A stretch of 62,823 nucleotides of DNA, taken from NCBI GenBank assembly GCA_035277225.1, contig DATEKY010000065.1, forward strand, positions 1-62,823, written 5' to 3'. Positions 56,501 to 62,823 of the stretch are shown one piece after another (within the stretch, counting starts at the first letter, position 1; every line of letters starts with the position of its first letter). Under the pieces are notes generated by a model. It worked only from the letters and a program-made list of their open reading frames with translations. It searched no databases and was not told where the DNA came from. This DNA is from Xanthobacteraceae bacterium (lineage in GTDB: Bacteria; Pseudomonadota; Alphaproteobacteria; Rhizobiales; Xanthobacteraceae). The translations under genes and the position numbers were made by a program.

Positions 56501-56586
56501 GAGTAGATCCCCACGCCGACCATCACGGCCGTGAGGATCAAGACGAGAAATTTGTTGCGCAGCGAGAGATCGATGAGCCTGTGCAT
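53512..56586 (-). CDS. czcA: CzcA-type (divalent-cation) HME-RND efflux pump
   Basis: 1,024 aa. TM4 LGAIDFGLIVDGSVVMIEN is the CzcA D-D-E signature. Confidence 0.92.
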   Translation of the reverse strand: MHRLIDLSLRNKFLVLILTAVMVGVGIYSMLRLPIDAVPDVTPNQVLVLTQAPGLGPVEVERFITFPVETAMSGLPGITDIRSISRFGLSSVYIYFEEGMDLYFVRRLVMERLPEAREAIPAGLGTPTMGPISTGLGEIFQFEVRGKGKSLMDLRSVLEWDIAFRLRSVPGVVEVNSYGGEMKTYEVQIDPDKLVSYKVPLDTVFEALERNNANAGGAYIERAQEQYVIRGEGLVERVNDIDNIVVSAAADGTPVYIRNLGQTVLAPQVRQGAVTRDGDGETVTGVVMMLMGENSRVVAARVRDALDAIKPSLPEGVTIETYYDRTQLVQKTIATVRKNLIEGGVLVVAVLLLLLGNVRGGLVVASAIPLSMLFAFTGMVQAGLSGNLMSLGAIDFGLIVDGSVVMIENIVRRLGEAKGSVSREEVVREAGKEVARPIFFAVLIIIIVYLPILTLQGVEGKMFRPMALTVVFALIGSLILALTLMPVLATLAFRKHTEEREPRLVHWLKAQYRPLLGWTLGHPRLTGGVAAGVFVLSLGLIPFMGSEFIPRLDEGAIAVQAWRLPSVALTESVKSTTMIEKTLRTFPEVVTVVSRTGVAEIPTDPMGVETSDIYVILKDHSEWTTARTREGLIDKFNEALEEQVPGNVFSYSQPIELRVQELIAGVRSDVAITVFGEDLDQLRRVGTEIVSVVNQIPGAADVKLEQTAGLPYLRMRIRRDEIARYGINASQVLDAVRTMGGRPVGEVLEGQRRFLMQVRFTSEHRSNVEAIGNIKVADSRGRMIPLSQLADIILEDGPAQISRENIHRKISIEANVRGRDLGSFIAAVQQTVGQRVRMPEGYYVEYGGQFENLQRASQRLALVVPLALFLIFVLLYTTFNAIKPAILIYFNIPIAATGGLVALFLRGMPFSISAGVGFIALFGVAVLNGVVMVSYFRELREQGLSIDDTVRQGAELRLRPVLMTALVAGLGFIPMALSTSAGAEVQQPLATVVIGGLMTSTTLTLLVLPALYRWFERERPEVEL

Positions 56587-56594
56587 GGTGGTCC

Positions 56595-57872
56595 TCAGTG
56601 CTCGTCGCCAATGCGCTCGCGCAAGAGCGCGGTCTTGAGATAGAAGCTGCCTTTGCCGACCACCGTCTGTCCGTCGGTGAGGCCGCTCAACACCTCCACG
56701 ACATCACCGGACCGCCGGCCTAGTTGAACGATCCGGCGCTCGAATCTCGTGGGACTCTGTCGCACGAACACGATCGATTGGCCATCGACCTGCTGAACCG
56801 CGTCCACGGGGACGGCGATAGCGTCGCGCTCCTCGCCTGCTGCCAGCGTCACCTTGGCGAACATGTCCAGCTTGAGGGCTCCATCGCGGTTCTCGACGAC
56901 GCATCGCACCTTGGCGGAGCGAGTGGTCGGGTCGATCACGTCACTGACGTGAGTGATCTGGCCTCTAAACACTCGATCGGGGTAGGCGTCGACCTTGATC
57001 GAGACGGCACCTTGGCGCGCGATTTTCGTGAGATCTTTTTCGTACACGTCCGCCAGCACCCAGACGGTGGACATGTCGGCGACGGTGAAGAGCTCTTTGT
57101 CAGGCTCCACGACTTCACCGGACGCCACATCGAACTTCGTAATCACTCCGGCGAACGGGGCGCGGAGCGTGCTGTGGGAGGCGTCCCGGTGAGGCGCCTC
57201 GCTGGCGTCTGGCCTCAGCGCACGCAGATCGGCATCCGTCAGACCAAAACGGTGCAACTGTTCTTCGACTCGCGCTGACCGGGCCTGAGCACTGGCGACA
57301 GACGCTTCAGCGTTGCGGAACTCCGCCCGACGAAGGTCGAGTTCCCGTTGCGCGATCGCCTCGATCTTAATCAGGGCTTCGGCTCGGTCGAGCGACGTGC
57401 GTTTGACCTCACGGTCGGTCTGCGCCTGACGAAGGCCCGCCTGCTCCGACAGATACTCTCCAACGAGCTGCCCTAACTCGATGTTGTCGTAGGTGAGGAG
57501 AGCCTGGCCGGAACCAACGCGACTCCCAAGACTCACGGCCACCCGCTCAACGACGCCACGCGCAAGGGGCCGGATGTGCGCGACGCGCGATTCGTCTGGC
57601 GTCACGATCCCCGTCACCTCGAGCGTTCCCGGTACTCGCGTCGTCGAAACCGGTGCGCTCTCGACACTCGCATTCTTCTGAGCCGCCTCTGGAACTTCGA
57701 CGGTCCCGGCCGGCAGCTCGCGAGCGTGTTCTGCAGTGGCAGGCGCTTGCGGCGCCCGGCTGCTCATCAGCCATACCGCGCCTCCGCCAACGGCAATCCC
57801 CACCGCTAGGACGAACAGTAGGGTTGGGAGGGAGCGCCCCGTTCGATTGGTCTCTGCGTTCAATTCATTCAT
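56595..57872 (-). CDS. czcB: CzcB-type periplasmic adaptor (MFP)
   Basis: TM anchor, coiled-coil hairpin, and VWVLADVYEKD and FYLKTALL motifs. Confidence 0.85.
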   Translation of the reverse strand: MNELNAETNRTGRSLPTLLFVLAVGIAVGGGAVWLMSSRAPQAPATAEHARELPAGTVEVPEAAQKNASVESAPVSTTRVPGTLEVTGIVTPDESRVAHIRPLARGVVERVAVSLGSRVGSGQALLTYDNIELGQLVGEYLSEQAGLRQAQTDREVKRTSLDRAEALIKIEAIAQRELDLRRAEFRNAEASVASAQARSARVEEQLHRFGLTDADLRALRPDASEAPHRDASHSTLRAPFAGVITKFDVASGEVVEPDKELFTVADMSTVWVLADVYEKDLTKIARQGAVSIKVDAYPDRVFRGQITHVSDVIDPTTRSAKVRCVVENRDGALKLDMFAKVTLAAGEERDAIAVPVDAVQQVDGQSIVFVRQSPTRFERRIVQLGRRSGDVVEVLSGLTDGQTVVGKGSFYLKTALLRERIGDEH

Positions 57873-57876
57873 GACG

Positions 57877-59154
57877 TCACCTGGAGGAGCCGGCCACGCC
57901 AGTTGCAGCCGAAAGCTGAAAAAGGCTGACGCGCTGGTCATAAAGCGCGCGGTTGTATGTCCGAGCGGTATCGCGGAAGGCCCGCTGAGCGTCGAGGAAA
58001 TCGATCAAGTCAGCCGTCCCGAGCCGGTAGGCCGCCAGGACGATGTCGCGCGACTCGCGTGCCGGTGTCAGGTACTCGCCCTCGATGTACTGGACACGTG
58101 CTCGTGAGACATCGACGGCGTTGATCGCCTGCTGTACATCGAGCGAGACGCTGACAGCCGTAGCCGCAGCCACGTTGGCTGCTTGCCGTCGTTCGGCCTC
58201 GGCGCGCGCTAGCCCACCCTGATTGCGGTTCGAGAAGGGCAAGGGCACGGTGACGCCGAATACCACGCCGTCGGAACCGAAATCGCGACGATAGCCGCCG
58301 CCGACGGTGATGTTGGGTGTTCGGAGGGCTCGTTGGAGCGATGTTTCGGTGTCCGCGCGTTGAACGGTCCGCTGGGCGGCCAGTAGATCCGGCCTCGACG
58401 ACAGCGCCTGCGCTCGTAACGAAGCCGGATCCAAGGGCGCTGGTCCGGCGCCGGCTGCCGGCGCCGGAATGCTCAACGGTTCGGTGACGTCGAACTCTGC
58501 ATTTAGATTCGGCGCGTTGAACAACGCGAGCAGCGCGCTCCTCGCATTCTTCAGCGCCAACTGCGCCGCGAAGACGTCATCGACGAACTTCAGCCGCTCG
58601 ACCTGCACGCGGCGCAATTCGCCACCAGAGATTTCGCCTTGCTCATACCGCGCCCGATTCAACCCGATTACGCGATTGATCTCCTCGAGCGCGGCTTGAG
58701 ACACATCGATATCCGCCTTGGCGAGCACCACCGTGAAGTACGCGCGCCGGACTTCGAAGTCCACACGGCGCCGCTGATCATCGAAGCTTGCTTCCGCCGC
58801 CGACACTCCGGTCTCCGCCGCCTGAGTGCGCAACCGTCGTCGTCCCGCCAGCTCGATCTCCTGATCGAGCCGCAGCGTCATCTCCTGGTTGCCGATGAAC
58901 GATGGACGCGGCGACTCGAACAGCGGGTAACTTCCCGACTCGAAGGTAAACGCCGGGTTCGGACGCAGCCCGGCGTCGATCCGCCCAGCCGTGGCAATTT
59001 CGACGCTATTGCGGGCGGCGGCAAGATTCGGATTGCGTTCGGTGGCCAAACGCAGCGCGTCTTCCAGGCTCAGTCGAGCCGGGATCACCAGGTCCTGCCC
59101 GTAGACGGCGGTAGCCGTCAGGCATAGGACACACGACAGCAGTACACGCGACAT
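57877..59154 (-). CDS. czcC: CzcC-type TolC-family outer-membrane factor
   Basis: Signal peptide MSRVLLSCVLCLTATAVYGQD and an OMF repeat structure. Confidence 0.85.
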   Translation of the reverse strand: MSRVLLSCVLCLTATAVYGQDLVIPARLSLEDALRLATERNPNLAAARNSVEIATAGRIDAGLRPNPAFTFESGSYPLFESPRPSFIGNQEMTLRLDQEIELAGRRRLRTQAAETGVSAAEASFDDQRRRVDFEVRRAYFTVVLAKADIDVSQAALEEINRVIGLNRARYEQGEISGGELRRVQVERLKFVDDVFAAQLALKNARSALLALFNAPNLNAEFDVTEPLSIPAPAAGAGPAPLDPASLRAQALSSRPDLLAAQRTVQRADTETSLQRALRTPNITVGGGYRRDFGSDGVVFGVTVPLPFSNRNQGGLARAEAERRQAANVAAATAVSVSLDVQQAINAVDVSRARVQYIEGEYLTPARESRDIVLAAYRLGTADLIDFLDAQRAFRDTARTYNRALYDQRVSLFQLSAATGVAGSSR

Positions 59155-59258
59155 GGAACACTCCAGCACTGAACGGCGATCGGCGACGACTCGCGACCGC
59201 GTACACGAGTTGACAGCCGCAGGCAAACGCCTACGCGGCTATATGTGTCGGGCTGGAG

Positions 59259-59630
59259 CTAGGCGAGCGGAGGGTGGTAGAGCGGGAAACCGAAGCCGTC
59301 AGGAACAGCGATATCGCGCAGCGGAACTCGTCGGACAATCGGTTGGGCAATCACACCGGGGACAAGCACCTGCACATCTACACAGTGTGAACAGCAGAAG
59401 CAGTCGTCAATGTGAGGACCGGGTTGGGAAGGCGCGCGATCAGAAGTACCGCTGCTAAGCGTGCTTGAGAGATCTGCGGCGTAGGCGGAACCGAGCTCAT
59501 CGCTATCGAGCGCACACAGACTCGCGTTGGTCAGGTCAGCAGCCGTCCAAATCAGGATGACCGTTGCGACCATACGGGCGAGCAAGCTGTGGCGCCACCA
59601 CCGCATCCTTGAGAGGATAGCACGGCCCAT
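59259..59630 (-). CDS. Small TM-anchored Cys-rich protein at the head of the czc operon (DUF2946/CzcI-like position)
   Basis: 123 aa from the ATG at 59628-59630, with a GGAGGA Shine-Dalgarno. TM segment, then PHIDDCFCCSHC. Confidence 0.5.
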   Translation of the reverse strand: MGRAILSRMRWWRHSLLARMVATVILIWTAADLTNASLCALDSDELGSAYAADLSSTLSSGTSDRAPSQPGPHIDDCFCCSHCVDVQVLVPGVIAQPIVRRVPLRDIAVPDGFGFPLYHPPLA

Positions 59631-59676
59631 CGCGTCTCCTCCGCACGTAACTGCACGACCGTCTTCCGGGCCTGAG

Positions 59677-59705
59677 TTGACACCGGCCATGTTGTCTAGC
59701 ATTCT
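59677..59705 (+). promoter_or_regulatory. Candidate sigma-70-like promoter (TTGACA-N17-CATTCT) in the divergent intergenic region
   Basis: The -35 hexamer is perfect and the -10 is weak. It lies immediately upstream of the 59712 ORF. Confidence 0.25.
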
Positions 59706-59711
59706 AAAGAC

Positions 59712-60119
59712 GTGGTGACCGCCACTGGGCGTCTCGTTGCCGTGATGCTGGCCGTGCTCGTGTCGGCAGGCAATGCCGCGATCTGCGCGGGCTGGTTGCC
59801 GACTCCGGAAGCCCGCATGGAGTGCTGCTCTGGTGAGGGGCCGTGCCCCATGCACAAGGGCGAATCAGGCAACGAACCGTCGCAGCACTCGGTCAGCCAG
59901 GCGCAGGCCGACAGTTGCTGCGCCTCGTCCGAGCGCGACAGCTCCAATCAATCCAGCCCGACGAACGTCGCTTCGATTTCGAGTGCAGTGCTGGGAACCG
60001 GGACAGTTCTTCCCGCACTTGTTCCCGCGCTGGTGCTCAGTGACGGCTGGCGGACGGTCGCACCAATTCCTTCACCTCCCGTTCCCAGGCATCTGCTCCT
60101 CTCGGTCTTCCTCGTCTAG
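59712..60119 (+). CDS. Small TM-anchored Cys/His-rich protein (paralogue family), first gene of the third efflux operon
   Basis: TM segment, then CAGW...MECCSGEGPCPMH...DSCC..., ending PSPPVPRHLLLSVFLV. GTG start at 59712, or ATG about 30 nt downstream. Confidence 0.55.
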   Translation: MVTATGRLVAVMLAVLVSAGNAAICAGWLPTPEARMECCSGEGPCPMHKGESGNEPSQHSVSQAQADSCCASSERDSSNQSSPTNVASISSAVLGTGTVLPALVPALVLSDGWRTVAPIPSPPVPRHLLLSVFLV

Positions 60120-60230
60120 TCACTGACAGTCGTCGTGTGTCTGCCCGCATGTGTTCGCGGGCAATGCAGGTGCGCGTGCGCGCGCCATGACGAGTGTTGG
60201 TGGCTCATGCTTCACACAGCAGCAGGTCGG

Positions 60231-61595
60231 ATGCGTAGCCCTTTCGGGCTGCCCGGGTTCATTTCTCTCGCAGTTGCCGCTGCCTTCTCAGCAGCGCCTG
60301 GCCGTGCGTGGGCTCAAGCTCCGCCAGGGCAGATCCCGCAACTGCCTTCGATCACGCACGCCGAGGCGCAGCCAACTGGGCCACCGGTCTCGTTGTCCGA
60401 TCTGCTGCGCGACGCTGTTGAGAGGAATCCGGAGCTGATTGCCCTTCGTCAGCAGGTGGAGGTAGTCCGCCAGCGCCCAATCCAGGAGCGGTCCCTCACG
60501 CCACCCATGGCTGAAGCGCAGGTGTGGCAGTGGCCGTTCAACTCGATCAATCCCGCGGACACGAACATGTACATGTTCATGGTCACGCAGGATTTGCCGG
60601 GGCGCGGCAAGCGCGACCTGCGCGCCGCTGTCTCACAAAAGGACGTTTCGCTGGCCGAGAGCGACATCGCGATTCGCGCGCGCGATGTCGTCAACCAGAT
60701 CAAGCAGTACTACGCCTCGCTGTACATCGCGCGTAAGGCCATTCAGGTCCACCTCGAGAGTGTGGAATTGCTTCGACAGATCGCCGACATTTCGCAAGCA
60801 AAGTACACGACCGGCCGAATCTCTCAACAGGACGTGCTGAAACCAGTCCTCGAGCTGTCCAGGCTTCACAACGACATCATCTCGTTCGACGAGCAGGCAC
60901 AACTGGCCAGCGCGCGGTTGAATGTGCTGCTCAATCGCGCGCCGGATACACCGATTGGACCGCTGATCGAGCCGCGGGAAGAGATGGTGCTCCCGACGAC
61001 CGCGGACCTGCAGCGGCTGGCACTCGACGGTCAGCCCGAGCTGCAGAGAACGAAGCTCGAAGTGGAGCGGGCCGAGGCAGAACTCGCATTGGTGCAGGCG
61101 GACTACAAGCCGGACTTTTCAGTGCAAGGCGGCTACATGCTGGTGCCCCGGATGAGCGATGCCTGGACCGCCCGTCTTGCGATCACATGGCCGAAGGCGC
61201 CGTGGTCGCGCGGAAAGATCGACGCGCGAGTGGCTGAACAGACGGCGAGCATTCACGCAGCGAAGGCTCGCTCCCAAGCCATGGAAAACATGGTCCGCCT
61301 CTCCGTGCAGGAAGCCTATATCCGGGCGAGGTCCGCGCAAGACCGCGCCGCCCTCTTACGCACGACGATCAGACCACAGTCGCAGCAGACGCTCGAGGTG
61401 TCGCGCGTCGCGTATCAGACCGATCGGGTGGACTTCCAGGCATTGATAGACAACGAGCGTGTCCTGCTCGACGTGAACTTGGACTACTTCCGCGCGCTCA
61501 GCGACTTCACTCAGGCGCTCGCGGACCTCGAGCGCGCAGTCGGAGCCGACCTGCCCCCAGGGACGACGACCATGGTCGCTAAGGGAGGACAGTGA
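60231..61595 (+). CDS. TolC-family outer-membrane factor
   Basis: Signal peptide MRSPFGLPGFISLAVAAAFSAAPGRAWAQ and the typical OMF two-repeat sequence. Confidence 0.85.
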   Translation: MRSPFGLPGFISLAVAAAFSAAPGRAWAQAPPGQIPQLPSITHAEAQPTGPPVSLSDLLRDAVERNPELIALRQQVEVVRQRPIQERSLTPPMAEAQVWQWPFNSINPADTNMYMFMVTQDLPGRGKRDLRAAVSQKDVSLAESDIAIRARDVVNQIKQYYASLYIARKAIQVHLESVELLRQIADISQAKYTTGRISQQDVLKPVLELSRLHNDIISFDEQAQLASARLNVLLNRAPDTPIGPLIEPREEMVLPTTADLQRLALDGQPELQRTKLEVERAEAELALVQADYKPDFSVQGGYMLVPRMSDAWTARLAITWPKAPWSRGKIDARVAEQTASIHAAKARSQAMENMVRLSVQEAYIRARSAQDRAALLRTTIRPQSQQTLEVSRVAYQTDRVDFQALIDNERVLLDVNLDYFRALSDFTQALADLERAVGADLPPGTTTMVAKGGQ

Positions 61596-61596
61596 C

Positions 61597-62823
61597 ATGA
61601 GACGCGTGCTGCAACTATCCGCCGCGATCGTTGCCGTCCTGGTGGTGCTCGCTGTCGGCGTGTATGCGATCCGTGCCCGCGGCGGTCAGAAACCCGCCGC
61701 ACAAGGTGACGCTCCGGGACAGCCACCCATGGCGGACATGCCAGCCAGCGGAACACCGCCGAAAGCTGGTGAGCCGGTTGCGCCTGCACGAGGCGACGTC
61801 TCGATCGATCCACGCCGCCAGCAGTTGATCGGCGTCAGAACGGCGCCCGTCACGCGCGAACCGATGCGACACACGCTCCGCACGGTCGGCGTCGTCCGGT
61901 ACGACGAGACGAGCCTCGCCGACGTCAATCTGAGGCTCGAAGGCTGGATTCGCGATCTGTACGTCGACTACACCGGTCAGCCGATTCAAAGAGGACAGCC
62001 ACTCTTCACCCTCTACAGTCCGGACCTGCTCGCGACGCAGCACGAGTATCTGCTGGCGTTGAAAACCCGCGATCAGATGCAGAGCTCGGTGATTCCCGAG
62101 GCACGCGAGCGCGCAGAACAGCTCGTCGCGTCGGCACGGCAGCGTCTTGCGCTCTGGAATCTCCCCGAGGAAGAGATCCGCGCACTCGAGGAGAAGCGTC
62201 AGGCGCCGGAGGTGGTCGTATTTCGGTCGCCCGCCTCCGGATTCGTCATCGAAAAGCAAGCGTTGCAGGGCATGCACGTGATGCCCGGGCAGATGCTCTA
62301 CAAGGTCGCGAACCTGTCGGTCGTCTGGGTGGAAGCGGACGTGTACGAGCAGGAGATGGCGCTGGCGCGCGTGGGACAGCGAGCCAAGGTGACACTCGAT
62401 GCGTATCCCGGCGAATCGTTCGACGGTCGCGCTATCTACATTTACCCATTTGTCGAAGAGAACACGCGAACCGTCAAAGTGCGATTTCAGTTTGCGAACC
62501 CGCGGGGGCGGTTGAAGCCAGGGATGTACTCGAACGTGGAGATCCAAGGCACGGAGGCCATGGGTCTCACGGTTCCGTCGAATGCGCTCCTGGATTCCGG
62601 GTCCGACAAGGTGGTGTTCGTCGCTCAGGGCGACGGCTACTTCACGCCGCGGCCAGTGAAGGTCGGGAGGAACCTCGGAGACCGCATCGAGATCCTCGAA
62701 GGCGTGAAGGAAGGCGAGCAAGTGGCGACCGGTGCCACGTTCTTCCTGGATTCGGAAAGCCAGCTGCGCGCGGGGCTGCAGAACTACGAGGCGCCGAAGG
62801 GGGCCCAAGGCGGGCCCCCCACC
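61597..62823 (+). CDS. CusB-like periplasmic adaptor (MFP), open at the right edge (absent from the ORF track)
   Basis: My own translation from the ATG at 61597 gives MRRVLQLSAAIVAVLVVLAV...LYSPDLLATQHEYLLAL...VVWVEADVYEQ...IYIYPFVEENTRTVKVRFQFANPRGRLKPGMYSNVEI...FFLDSESQLRA. There is no stop before the window end. Confidence 0.88.
   Translation, partial: MRRVLQLSAAIVAVLVVLAVGVYAIRARGGQKPAAQGDAPGQPPMADMPASGTPPKAGEPVAPARGDVSIDPRRQQLIGVRTAPVTREPMRHTLRTVGVVRYDETSLADVNLRLEGWIRDLYVDYTGQPIQRGQPLFTLYSPDLLATQHEYLLALKTRDQMQSSVIPEARERAEQLVASARQRLALWNLPEEEIRALEEKRQAPEVVVFRSPASGFVIEKQALQGMHVMPGQMLYKVANLSVVWVEADVYEQEMALARVGQRAKVTLDAYPGESFDGRAIYIYPFVEENTRTVKVRFQFANPRGRLKPGMYSNVEIQGTEAMGLTVPSNALLDSGSDKVVFVAQGDGYFTPRPVKVGRNLGDRIEILEGVKEGEQVATGATFFLDSESQLRAGLQNYEAPKGAQGGPPT

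Noticed and set aside
61615-62808. 397-aa minus-strand ORF
   Set aside because: It is an antisense shadow of the plus-strand CusB-like gene. Its composition is Arg/His/Leu/Pro-biased with no motifs, as is typical in high-GC DNA.

Overview
This is a densely coding, high-GC bacterial window (about 52-57% GC in the methyltransferase gene and about 65% in the metal genes, by hand counts of short stretches). All family calls come from reading motifs in the supplied translations; no database search was possible. The window has three blocks.

(1) 1-872, minus strand: the start of a P-type conjugative type IV secretion operon (trbC-trbD-trbE, with trbE running off the left edge). The region therefore probably sits in an ICE or plasmid.

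(2) About 2.3-19 kb: a defence island.
- A tightly packed plus-strand operon encodes a C5-cytosine DNA methyltransferase, a 734-aa P-loop NTPase, a 505-aa protein with no recognisable motif, and a 1,947-aa giant protein. The giant carries a PD-(D/E)xK-like motif, a proline-rich linker and a C-terminal HerA/FtsK-like ATPase.
- The last gene is a translationally coupled MutY/Mig-type HhH-GPD glycosylase.
- McrBC, a frameshifted PIN-like gene and a convergent PD-(D/E)xK nuclease-like gene follow.
- The P-loop / unknown / giant-ATPase layout resembles DptFGH/SspFGH restriction modules, but here it is paired with a 5mC methyltransferase instead of phosphorothioation genes. This is my main candidate for a new system.

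(3) About 19-62.8 kb: a very large copper/heavy-metal resistance island, mostly on the minus strand.
- Small periplasmic and membrane genes: lgt, DUF305, a YcnI-like fusion, a cytochrome c, and a YHS micro-gene that the ORF track misses.
- Copper oxidation: PcoA/PcoB-like multicopper oxidase and outer-membrane protein.
- Four different P-type ATPases: CPC, CPH, SPC and a P2-type.
- Efflux: CusCBA, CzcCBA with a P-II-like protein, and a third TolC plus CusB-like pair running off the right edge.
- Unusual passengers: an archaeal-type GAPDH, a GH57 glycoside hydrolase, an ICMT/DUF2933 pair and an AAA-ATPase plus nuclease-like pair.
- Putative regulation and novel families: an HMA protein coupled to a CorE-like Cys-rich ECF sigma factor, tandem internally repeated secreted paralogues, a Met-rich lipoprotein, and a recurring family of small Cys/His-rich membrane proteins.

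I saw no rRNA, tRNA, CRISPR array, transposase or integrase.
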